Shown here piece after piece: positions 51,321 through 62,455 of a DNA stretch of 64,000 nucleotides. The position numbers and the translations under genes were made by a program. Each line of letters begins with the position of its first letter. Within the stretch, counting starts at the first letter, position 1. The notes under the pieces are model-generated. The model worked only from the letters and a program-made list of their open reading frames with translations. It was not told the origin of the DNA and ran no database searches. The DNA comes from Yuukianura sp. NJ FZ-2021 (lineage: Eukaryota), in NCBI GenBank assembly GCA_046563655.1, contig CM102289.1, positions 8,742,001-8,806,000 of the forward strand, read 5' to 3'.

Positions 51321-54300
51321 CTGTAAAATTTGTTGCAGTCGTTCTCATTCGGGTAAAATCCGGAAGATGTGCATGAGAAACTAGATGAACTTGAGCTGGA
51401 TTGTTGAGATGAGCTGCTGCTAGACTGACTTTGTCCAGAACTGGAGCTAGATTGCTGAGATGACGAACTGCCTGAGGACTGTTGCTCCAAATTCGAAACA
51501 GAACTTCCCTGACTCGAGCTAGACTGCGATCCTTGCTGACTCGAACTAGATTGGCCACTGGATTGAGAAGATTGAGAACTCTGTTGCTGACCGCTGGAAG
51601 ATTGTTGACTGGATCCTTGTTGTCCCCATTGACTCGACTGATTCGAACTTTGTTGTCCAGATTGCTGTGACCCTTGTTGCTGAGAGCTCTGCTGACTTGA
51701 TTGGTTTGACCCTTGCTGATTAGAACTTTGCTGTCCTGACTGGCTAGAACCTTGCTGATTAGAACTTTGCTGTCCTGACTGGCTAGATCCTTGCTGATTA
51801 GAACTTTGCTGTCCTGACTGGCTAGATCCTTGCTGATTAGAACTTTGCTGTCCTGACTGGCTAGAACCTTGCTGATTAGAACTTTGCTGTCCTGACTGGC
51901 TAGAACCTTGCTGATTAGAACTTTGCTGTCCTGACTGGTTAGAACCTTGCTGATTAGAACTTTGCTGTCCTGACTGGTTAGATCCTTGCTGATTAGAACT
52001 TTGCTGTCCTGACTGGCTAGATCCTTGCTGGTTGGAGCTTTGCTGACCAGATTGGTTGGACCCTTGCTGATTGGAGCTTTGTTGACCAGATTGGCTAGAT
52101 CCTTGCTGATTAGAACTCTGTTGTCCTGACTGGCTAGATCCTTGCTGATTGGAGCTTTGCTGTCCTGACTGGCTAGATCCATGCTGATTGGAGCTTTGCT
52201 GTCCTGACTGGCTAGATCCTTGCTGATTAGAACTTTGCTGTCCTGACTGGCTGGATCCTTGCTGATGTGAACTTTGCTGTCCGGATTGATTAGCACCTTG
52301 TTGATTAGCACTCTGTTGACCAGCTTGGTTTGAACCTTGTTGGTGGGATCCTTGTTGCCCAGATTGGTTAGATCCTTGCTGCTGAGAACCTTGTTGTCCG
52401 GATTGGTTTGACCCTTGCTGTCCAAATTGACTAGAACCTTGCTGATTGCTGGTTTGTTGCCCCCCTTGATTTGACCCCTGCTGATTTGTGCCTTGTTGGT
52501 TTGACCCTGGTTGCAATGGTCTATTTGGTTGGTTAGAGCCCGGCTGCCCAGGAAGATTTCCCCCTTGACCTGACTGATTTCCGCCTTGGCCTGGTTGATT
52601 TCCAGCTTGCTGATTTCCACTTTGTTGATTTCCACCTTGCTGATTTCCACTTTGCTGATTTCCACCTTGTTGATTTCCTCCTTGTCCAGGTTGATTTCCC
52701 CCTTGACCTGGTTGATTTCCGCCTGGTTGGCCAGATTGATTTCCACCTTGTTGATTTCCGCCTTGCTGATTTCCACCTTGCTGATTTCCACCTTGCTGAT
52801 TTCCACCTTGCTGATTTCCTCCTTGTCCAGGTTGATTTCCCCCTTGACCTGGTTGATTTCCCCCTGGTTGTCCAGATTGATTTCCACCTTGTTGATTTCC
52901 GCCTTGCTGATTTCCGCCTTGCTGATTTCCACTTTGTTGATTTCCGCCTTGCTGATTTCCACCTTGTTGATTTCCTCCTTGTCCAGGTTGATTTCCCCCT
53001 GGTTGTCCAGATTGATTTCCGCCTTGCTGATTTCCGCTTTGCTGATTTCCACTTTGCTGATTTCCACCTTGTTCATTTCCTCCTTGTCCAGGTTGATTTC
53101 CGCCTTGACCTGGTTGATTTCCCCCTGGTTGTCCAGATTGATTTCCACCTTGCTGACTTCCGCCTTGCTGATTTCCACTTTGCTGATTTCCACTTTGTTG
53201 ATTTCCGCCTTGCTGATTTCCACCTTGTTGATTTCCTCCTTGTCCAGGTTGATTTCCGCCTTGACCTGGTTGAATTCCTCCTTGTTGACCTGGCTGATTT
53301 GAACCCTGCTGACCTTCCTGGTTGGACCCCGGTTGTCCCTGTTGGTTTTGGCCATTGCCGCCTGATTCTATATTGGATGGAGAACTGCCTTGTTGACCTG
53401 TACCTTGCTGATTATTGTTGTGGTCACCAGTATCAACTTCGTTTTCCGATGGGAACTTGTCATTCGGCTTGTAGCACTTAGAAGTTTTATCAATTGCATA
53501 CGGGAAGTTACACGTGATCAAACGAGAGTCGTAGACCGTTTCGTTGTCACAATTGAATTCGTATTTTGCCGTTTTTCCATCAAAGTTGACGCATCGATAA
53601 AATTTAGTACAGTTATTTGCATCTGGAAAGAAACCTTCTTGGGTACATGTGTAACCTGATGTTGGGGGGCCAGTTGGAGGTTTTGACCCTGGTGTTCCTG
53701 GGTTCTGAGGATTTCCGTCTGGTGGCGTAATGATTTCTGTTGGGGGTCTTTGTGTTGGCATGCCAGGTTGCTGATTTCCTCCTGATGGATATTGACCTCC
53801 TGATGGTTGCTGATTTCCTCCTGATGGTTGCTGATTTCCACCGCTAGGTTGCTGACTTCCTCCTGATGGTTGCTGGCTGCCTCCAGATGGTTGCTGATTT
53901 CCACCGCTAGGTTGCTGACTTCCTCCTGATGGTTGCTGGCTTCCTCCTGAGGGTTGCTGATTTCCTCCTGATGGTTGCTGGCTTCCTCCTGAGGGTTGCT
54001 GATTTCCTCCTGATGGTTGCTGGCTTCCTCCTGAGGGTTGCTGATTTCCTCCTGATGGTTGCTGACCAGTCACTTGTTCCGGTGCATTGTTGTCTCCTGA
54101 TCCAGAAGGTTTGTAGCATTTAGAACTGGTGTTAAGAGCGTGAGCATAGTTGCAAGTTTCAACAACTTCGTCATAAACAGTATTTTCTCCACAAGCGAAT
54201 TCGTATTTGATGAATTTGTTCCCGCCTGTGTCAACACATCTGTAAAATAGCCTGCAGTCATTCGGGTTAGCAAAGAATCCTTCCTTAGGACACTTGAAAT

Positions 54301-55182
54301 CAGTTTGTCCAGGGCTGGTTGGGGGGCGTTGTGTTGCCATACTCGGTGGAGCGTTGCTGCCACCACTTGGTTGACCTGGCTGGTTGTTTCCACCGCTTCC
54401 AGGCTGCGATGGTTGACCACCCCCATTTTGACCAGGAGGACTACCACCCTCTCCGCCTGTTTGTGGCGGGAGCTGCTGCGAAGGGCTTGGTGGTGGGGCC
54501 ACTGGTGGGTCGCCGCCGCTTTGACCAGTTGACTGCGATGGTGGCTGATTTTCATTTCCTGGTGGCTTCCATCCGCCACCGTTTTGATTTGAAGGTGGGG
54601 TGGGCGTTGGTTTCTCGGTTTGAGGTGGCGGTTTCCACCCCGGTGGCTTCAGTAATCCACCGGACGGTTTATATCCTCCGCCATTCTGGTTGGACGGCTG
54701 TTGACCTTGGTTTGGTGGATTCGAAACTCCGCTGTTTTGATTGGACGGTGGCGGACTTTGAGCTGGTGAAATCCAACCACCGCTGTTTTGACCTGACTGT
54801 TGACCTTGACTTGGTTGACCTCCGCTAGTTTGGCTGCTGGGTTTACTAGGATTCTGAGGTTGTTGACTTCCGCTTCCCGCAATATTTTGTGGCCTGGATA
54901 CTTGCGACTCTGGTTCCGAAGATGTTGAATTGTTACAAGGTTTTTCTCCCTTCCAGCATTCCGGTTTCGGGTCAACTTCTTTTTCGTAGTTGCAATTACT
55001 AACTTTCGGATCAAAAATTGTTCCCGGGGGACATTCAAAATAGTACTTTTTGAATCCGCCTTTGCCCTCTTGAATGCAACGGTAAAAATTTCTACAGTCT
55101 TGTTTACTTCCGTAGTAGCCAGGCTCACTACAGTCCGAATTTAGTCTTAGCTCTTTAGTCGCTCTGACTCTGATTGCTCTCG
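51321..55182 (-). CDS. multi-CBM14 protein exon 3 (3862 nt): chitin-binding peritrophin-A domains 1-3, start of domain 4, and Q/G/S/N repeat spacers
   Basis: Core of the 1304-aa ORF, acceptor TTTTTTTAG, donor AG|GTATTT. Six-Cys domains of the form C..GF/Y..C..FYRC..F.C..T.(F/Y)D..CN(Y/F)..C at about 54956-55132, 54116-54292 and 53474-53647. Confidence 0.95.
51711..52265 (-). repeat. coding 39-bp tandem repeat (QQGS[S/N]QSGQQSSN), about 14 copies
   Basis: The plus-strand unit CCTTGCTGATTAGAACTTTGCTGTCCTGACTGGCTAGA(A/T) repeats with few substitutions. Confidence 0.95.
52560..53300 (-). repeat. coding hierarchical repeat of GGNQQ (15 bp) and PGQGGNQ (21 bp) modules
   Basis: Read directly from the DNA and translation. 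SGQPGGNQ recurs four times and marks higher-order units. Confidence 0.93.
53765..54065 (-). repeat. coding 21-bp tandem repeat (QQPSGG[N/S]), about 14 copies
   Basis: Read directly from the DNA and the ORF translation. Confidence 0.95.
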
Positions 55183-55358
55183 CTAAAAAAAGCAAAAATA
55201 AAACACACAAAATTAAAAACTAAAAACACGTTTGCAAATTTTTTCAAAATTTTCAGTAAGGGCAATATCAAAAGATTCCCTAAGTTTGACAAAAGAAAGT
55301 TTGGAAATTTCTTCAACATTCAAGTTCAAATGTATCAAATTCGCTATTTCGTACTTAC

Positions 55359-55433
55359 GTAAAAGTTTTTCATCTTTGGCATTGACAGAGGTCACGGTAA
55401 CTGCTGCCAGCAGGAGGAATGTGGCAATTCCAC
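55359..55433 (-). CDS. multi-CBM14 protein exon 2, signal peptide (GIATFLLLAAVTVTSVNA-KDEKLL)
   Basis: Acceptor CTTTCCTTTTCAG, donor GTAAGT, 75 nt, phase 1/1. Hydrophobic core followed by a VNA cleavage-like site. Confidence 0.88.
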
Positions 55434-57233
55434 CTGAAAAGGAAAGTTGCGCCAATTATAAATTTCAAATTCTGTCGGCGTACGTCAATAACTCACTGTT
55501 TCCTTTGTTAGCATAAGTAAGTGTTTAATTATGTAAAACAGGAATTAGTTGTTTACCAAGTGAAAAACAATAGGATAGGTTTGGAAGTAAGAAGATCAAC
55601 TGTAAAACAATGAACTGTCGTTGAATCTCGTAAGAGCAATTAAAAAAGTAACCCGTTGAGGAAGTCCTCAACAATGGCAAGTTCCAACAATAAAATATTG
55701 TAACAAATTGTCGAAATTAAAATTTTAGAGTGACGTTCCCAAATGGATGAGGTCAAAATCCTACAGGGAATGAACTTATTCTTTTGAATAATATTTGCAA
55801 CAAACATTAATTTTGAAAAAGGAAAACAAACCATTAAAATTTTTACAGTTGTTTTGAACTTTTTTGAAGGTAGGGAGAATAAAAATTTAAAAACCAAAAT
55901 TTTAACGAGCCTTTCACACCCATTTTTGCACCATTTTTGAATTTCGTTTTGGTTTGGGCGGGAAAAAAAGAAGTTGTGGTAGGTAGATGTACCAATTAAA
56001 GTATTACTGATTTGTCACAATGAAAAAGAATTGCAAAAACACGAAAATGGTCATGTTGCGAGGCAATGAACTTGAACAAGGTTTTTCTCCTGTGAATGTT
56101 AGAATTCCTTTAATTCCCTCATTACACCACACCAAAATCCATGTGACTTGGTACAATGGCGTCATTTCACTAACAAGTCCAACATAAAATGTGTGGTACA
56201 CAACATTAATATCTTGTTGTACCAAATGCCTCCTAGGTCAACCACATTGGACTGGATGAACCAAAACTACCTTGCTATTCATTCAGTGCTTAATCTGATT
56301 AAGCAAAAGAAAAAGTCCTTTTGCACAAAATTCCATAATTGCAAGAGAAAATTGGGCATGGTTCCATGAACCAGGTGAATAATCTCCAAAAATTTGTGCG
56401 AAAACAAAAAATATTTATCAGGTACTTCTCCACACCAGTACCTGGAAAAACTATAACTTTTTCTAGAAAAAAAGTCGGTAATTTGTTTTCGGCATCTTTT
56501 ATGTTTTAGAAATAACAATTTTCACACGACAAGGAGAAAAATTACAACAATTTTAAAGCTTTTATTTTAAAACTAAACTACGCTCAGTTTCGTTTTAAAA
56601 TAAATTTAGCTAAATAAATTATAATACAATAAAAAAAACTTTATCCTTATTGTGTCAAGATTTGTCAGCGAAGAAAATGTTGAGGAAGGTGAGCAACACA
56701 CTTCACAGTTCGCGTATGTATTTCAAGTTTTTTCATAAAATGTTACATGATTGTTGTAAATTGTTATGCATACTGTACAAACATAGGAGCACTAGCAGTT
56801 AATAAAGATGATGGGCAGGTAGGCGTGTGGAGTGGGTGTGATTTTGTTACTTCAATTTAATGCAAGTGCTGCATGTTAGATTAAATTGCACAATCATCGT
56901 CTAAACATCTTGATTAATTCGAACTCGATTTATAAACTACTTCAACCATAAATTATAACAAAATATTTTTAAGCAATAAATTTCTAATTAGATTGGCACG
57001 AAAAAAAAAATATTTCGCAATGTAAAGCAAGTGTTAATAATTTTAGTTGCAAGTCATTACGACGGTTTGAAATTTTGTTCTAAAATTAGTTATAAAATTT
57101 CTAAAACTAAACTAAACTAAACTAAAATTTCTAAAATTAGTTATAAACTGGAAAGGAAAAAATAGAACAAAAAGCTGAGAAATCTGAAGAATAATGGAAA
57201 TGAAACCTCATAAAAAGAATCAAAAATTCTTAC

Positions 57234-57237
57234 CCAT
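57234..57237 (-). CDS. multi-CBM14 secreted protein, exon 1 coding part (ATG G)
   Basis: CGCCATGG|GTAAGA gives phase 1 and joins exon 2 to form MGGIATFLLLAAVTVTSVNA. A TCAGTT initiator-like motif lies at 57385-57390. Confidence 0.7.
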
Positions 57238-58665
57238 GGCGAATTTTTAATACACTGTATTTGCGTTTGCCAAAATCCGAGTTGTCTTTGCTTCTGTCTA
57301 AATTTTTTTCTAGCTTTTCTAAATCTTCGAATTTTTTAAAGAAGACTTTTGCGATTGAGATCTTAAAAGCAACTGGACAGTTGAAACTGAAACTTAAAAT
57401 GATATGACTCCAACGGAGTCCATCCGAATCTTCCGGATCCTCAACTTTTTTTCTTTTTGCAAAGTCCTGTTTGCAAAAAAGTTTGCAAAATTTTCCATCC
57501 CGAACCAGGAATTCACCTTCACCTTAGTTAGTTAGTAAGTTGGTGTGGTTGTATCATTTGCCAAAATCTTTTGCAGGCCACTTACCTTGGTCAAGAACTC
57601 CTCGTTTTTGTCCATTAGCACATGAATGAACACAACACATGAGAACATAAAGCATCACATTAGCATTAAATTAAATTTCCTGTCCGATACGCTTCCAACC
57701 CTACGGGAGTTTCAGAATTCATTTCCACATACAAAGAAAATTAAAAGTCCTCACCTCAAAACCTTGTCTTGATTAATTGAACTCTTGAAGATCTGCTAAG
57801 ATTTGGTCACACCTTGATTTTTTTGTGATCTCGCTGTACATGATAACGGTAAAATTCAGTTAGATCTGGTCTCTGTTTAATCAAAAATTTCCATTTTGTG
57901 CCAAAACACTTCGGCATTTTGTCTAATTAAAATTCTAAACAAAAAATGTTGTTGTTTTTTGCAAATCATCCCATCATCGCTGTAATTTTTCAAAAACTGA
58001 ATTGGAAGAACTCCCAAAGGTTTTAACAGTTTGCAAGGTCAAGCTTACATGAGGTCACACAATCCGGTTTCACATCTTACAAAAATTGTTATCGTAATGT
58101 TAAGATAGTGTCGCTGTATTAGCAAAAGAAGTTTTAAACCAAGTACTTGTAATTCCTACTTAAGGAGCGTTAAATTTTTAAGTATACTTAAATAATTAAC
58201 ACTTGATTTAATAGTCAATCAAACAGGACTTGGACTAGTCATAAATTAAAAAAAAGTACGACTACTAAATTAGTTTTATGCAAGAAATGAAAAAGTTCAC
58301 ACCTCAAAATTGACATTCTAGAGATGAACGCCCTCCAATGTTATTTAAGTGCATTCACACTTTTTAATTACGAATCGCAATTAAAATAAGAACGATGAAC
58401 TTGAAATGTAAACGAGATTAAATCAGTTTCTCATAACAAAAATTATGTAAAACTAGTTTGATTTTTTATTTTATCCAAAATATTTGTGAGCTTGCAGACA
58501 AAAGTTGCATGTCTGTCTACTTATCGTTTGATAGGAAAGTGGATACAATTTACTAAAAAAAACAGTGACAGGCAGATTTATGAGTCTGCGCAGTAATGTT
58601 ACGTTTTTATGCTACTTTAAAAGTAAAAGTTGTAAAGTGATTATGTTAAAATATTGCCGGCGGAG

Positions 58666-58820
58666 CTATACTAAGTCGAGCGAAGAGTAGGTTGGCGGTG
58701 GAACGTCATCAATGTCCACTTTGTATTCAACTTTGGAACATTTGAGCGCTTCGTCAAAATTTGGCGGTGGTTTTGGTATTGAAATCCGCCGAAGACCGGT
58801 ACTGCTACTGCGTGGTTCCT
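58666..58820 (-). CDS. small type I membrane protein exon 3: cytoplasmic tail (PPPNFDEAL ... PPPTYSSLDLV*)
   Basis: Acceptor CTTTTTGTAG, in phase, TAG at 58666-58668. Total CDS is 498 nt, i.e. 165 aa. Confidence 0.85.
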
Positions 58821-58946
58821 CTACAAAAAGTTCAAATGAATAAGTAATAAAGGAGTGAAAATTTTTAAATTAAAAAAAAACAACAAAATATTCCAGTTTC
58901 CAAAGTTTTCACGACTTTTTTTTTAAAATTCGTTCTCAAAACATAC

Positions 58947-59062
58947 CCGATGGCTGTGGATTCACAGGAGCCTTGCGACAAGTTATGAAAAGAATGAAAC
59001 TTCCTAGTCCGGCACACATGAAGAAGACAAAACAAATCCCGATTCCGACAATGAAGATTGCA
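58947..59062 (-). CDS. small type I membrane protein exon 2: transmembrane helix (Y-AIFIVGIGICFVFFMCAGLGSFILFITC-RK)
   Basis: Acceptor TTTGTAG, donor GTATGT, phase 2 to 1. Long hydrophobic run followed by basic RK. Confidence 0.85.
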
Positions 59063-59155
59063 CTACAAATATAAATTTAAAAAAATGTAAATCTTCAAAA
59101 CCAACTTTTGTAGTTTCATTTTTTTGATTTCTTTTTTTAATTTTAGAATTCTTAC

Positions 59156-59382
59156 TAGAAACTGCCCCAATCATAATTTTGTCCACAATCTGGAAAATAG
59201 TAACAAATAGTTGTAGTTGTATCCTCAGACGAATCTGTTTCATCAGTATCCTCAGTTGTGTCATCAGTAATATCAGTAGGCTCATCAGTAGTATCTGTAG
59301 GCTCGTCAGTATTACTTGCGTTAATTCCCGCCACCAATGCAAACAACACAAAAATACCAAAAAATTTCTTAACTGAAACCAT
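59156..59382 (-). CDS. small type I membrane protein exon 1: signal peptide and acidic Thr-rich ectodomain
   Basis: MVSVKKFFGIFVLFALVAGINA signal-like N-terminus, then D/E/T repeats and CYYFPDC. The apparent TAG is split by the donor TA|GTAAG. Confidence 0.85.
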
Positions 59383-62300
59383 TTTGGTAAAGAAGTTTAT
59401 ATTTTCTGTTTCAAAAATTTAAATTCTCCGTTCGATGAGAACCAAGCTAGTCCAAACTTTTAATCAACAAGTTTACTAAATGAACTAAAAAGCAAATCAC
59501 TGGATCCGACATACGTGTTGATACTATATTTCCTGCGCCAATTATCACGTAGAAGATAAAACGAGTTGAATTGCGCTTTTTTTCCCAAATTGACATTTCT
59601 ATCTAATCTCGCACTCCAGTCGAAATGGGCTTCTGATCTATCAGATCATGCCTATTTACACCATTGTGCCAAATTCCATAATCCAAACTCTTGACGTTAT
59701 TGGAAATACGCCTTCCCAAAAAGCTTTAAATCCTCAAATTAAAAAAAATTGAAAATTGACTCACTTTTTTTTTTGTTATAATGACGTAAGAAGTTTACGT
59801 GATAAAAAACGTGTTGAGTTAAAAAGTTCATGGGAAAAGTAAGGTCAAGTTTAGCCAAAATGGAAAGTTTCCTCGATTTTACTCGAATTATTCAAATTTG
59901 TTCTTGATTTGTGATTAATTGGTTCTCTCTGGCATTTAAATTTTGGCGTTTTAGAAAAGCGAAATATTTGAAACATGAGATGTGTTTAGTAAATCATTTA
60001 GCATTTAAAATCGTATTAAGAGAGAAGTGAAAACGGATATTGGATTTGAAGTAAACTAGACTCGCTAATAAGCTTTCTCATCGGATGTGGAATTTTAGTC
60101 TTTGGAGAAAGCACTAAACTTTGAATTTCCCGCCTTCGCCAAACTCCTCTCTTTTAGTTTAAATGGATGTCATTTTCACTTTCACTTTCTCTCGTGGCAG
60201 GAAATCAGGAAGTGATGAAGCTCATTTCACAAACTAAGATTCAATTGGAGGCGGCACAATTTCAAATTTCAAATCAGCCGCCAAAAGTCTTGGTATGCTG
60301 TAGGGTTAGTTGAACGTGTTAATTGAATTGTACTAAAAGTGACAATTTAGAATCTACGGCGCATGACAATTTTAGCCAAATTGAGGAGGGGGAAATCCCT
60401 AAGCTTTCTTGTAGCTTCATCCTTCAAAAACCCGGGAAATGAAGTGATCCAAGTTGCCAATTAGGGGAAAAAGGTTTTTGGTGGCAGAGAAAACTGATTG
60501 CAAACTACCCGGAACGAAATTCTATTCCTCCATTGACTACATTTTTAGAATCTTGATAATCTACAAAGATCAAACTCAAAAACTAGTAGAGATGAGATTG
60601 GATTTTGGTAATGTGAGCCTATGGTGTTTAGGTGGATATTGTTATTCCCTTGAGGGCCTTCCAGAACAAAAATTCAAGTCCACCCTAACATAACTTCCCT
60701 CTTGAAATTTTTGAAATTGCTGAAACGCCCGCTTGGGATTGAAGATTGATGAAATGAAAAGGGGGCCCTTTAGAAAGACGTTGGAGACACTTCACTTTTC
60801 TCTTGAGAGTACCACCACCCCCTTGAAGGGAAAGAGAAGAGGGGGGGGGGTTGGTATGGATTTTGAGTTTTGTGCGTGAGGGGGAAAGTGCCCTCTTCCC
60901 TGCCATTGTTATGGTTTTTAATCACTTTCTCAATGACACTTTCCTTTTCACTGCCTCAGTTCCAGAAGTTACCCGAATTCGGGTAGTTCAAAAACACCCT
61001 TAACATGATGCTTGTTGTTGTTGCTGCTGCGGAAAATGGGAACTTTCTCTACTCAACCGGAACCACTCCAATTATCACTCAATTTGGACCTTGTGAAGCT
61101 GGCATACAAGCCAAAAACTTTTCACTTCTTCATTCAAAAATGAATTTGAAAAACACTTAAACATTTGATCAAAAACATCCAAAATTTGAAAAGAAATTAA
61201 CGAATGCTGTTGTGCAACGTTTACTTTGCCTAGTCTATTCAGCAGAAATGTCAAAAATATTTCCGAATTTCTTGTTACTAAATATTTATTTATTTGTTCA
61301 TGCCGTTAATGTTAAATAAGTAAATATTTGGGCCATATTTTTAAAGAAATATTTTTTGTATCCATATTTCGGGGGTTTTTAGCACATAGTATTTTTTACA
61401 GCCCTCCTAATCAGTATCCACAAGCACATTTGCTGATTTCAAATTTTTCAGAACCTTTTTGAATGGAAGAAATTGCAAAGCGTTTTTGACAGATTATGGG
61501 GTTTAATTAAAATATAAAATTTCGGTTTTGGAGGACCCCAAAATTTGAAATTTGAAACTGAAAACCGAACATAACATTTGGCAATCCTATTCATTACTTG
61601 AAGTGACCCAGAGGGATGAATATATCAAACACTCGGAAAAAGAGAGGGGGACATTAGAGTCATTGTTCAAAGTGGCCCAAATAACAGGTCACACGTCCGC
61701 ATCTTCCCCCTCTGCCACTCCTGCTCCCCTCAAAACGCAATACAAAGAGAGTCAAAAGGACGCAGAAGGGCTCACTCCGTTTCCGGATCAACCGTCATCT
61801 TCACAAAATGAAAAACCGAATAAAGCCCGCCGTCCAGACAGACTCCCAGGGACACAAAAGAGCCACTCGAGAGAGGGAAGTCGGCCCATTATCATTTGTG
61901 ATTGTGATTAGGACCTACCCTTGGCCGTTTTGAGAGCACAATGGACAGAGACGCAATGTAGTCAACATGGTGCCACGGGTTCGAGGCCTGGAAGGGTTGA
62001 GGGGATGAAAATAATAATAATAACTCCAACGACGCCGACTATTATTTCCTCGACACAATGCAACTCTGGGCTGTTAGGGTTTGCTTTTCTCAGGGGTTTC
62101 AAAAGGGAAAACTTCATCAAAAATCATGGGAGTTTAGAGTTTAGAAAGTGTGGGGAAGCATATGGTTTTAATTAGGGTGAAAGTGTTTTCGGTTGTTCCC
62201 GGCCGCTCTTTTCAAATAAAGTCCAAAAAGTTAAGAGCTACGAACCAAATTGACTGGGAAGGTTGAACTTGTGTCCCTTATTATGAGAAGACACGCGTCT

Positions 62301-62385
62301 CTCCCTGCGCAACTTATGCATTAATAATTCCACTAATCCATTTCACTAAAGTTTTAGATTAATAGACACAAACCAGTTTTGGAGT

Positions 62386-62455
62386 AAAAGTTGGTCGGAG
62401 GAGGATTTGAACCCAGGGAGACCCAAAAACAAGCTTAACACTTCGCCACACGAAC
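62386..62455 (-). pseudogene. tRNA-like remnant or tRNA-derived SINE head
   Basis: A-box-like TGGCGAAGTG, B-box GGTTCAAATCC at tRNA-like spacing, then CCAACTTTT. Stems are degenerate and there is no credible anticodon arm. Confidence 0.45.

Noticed and set aside
51711..52265. Regular 39-bp repeats resembling a CRISPR array
   Set aside because: There are no unique spacers or cas genes, and the repeats are in frame within a eukaryotic exon.
52586..53302. 238-aa plus-strand LLIST-repeat ORF and other antisense ORFs across 51482-54828
   Set aside because: These are antisense shadows of the coding repeats.
51280..53355. 691-aa ATG-initiated overlapping ORF (EINKVEISK repeats)
   Set aside because: It is the +1 shadow frame of the Q/G/S/N tract. 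Stops in that frame require Leu, Ile, Val or Met codons in the real frame, which are nearly absent, so a long open frame is expected.
55183..55210. ORF-track start MCVLFLLFL as the signal peptide of the 1304-aa ORF
   Set aside because: This is intronic acceptor sequence. The real signal peptide comes from the exons at 57234 and 55359.
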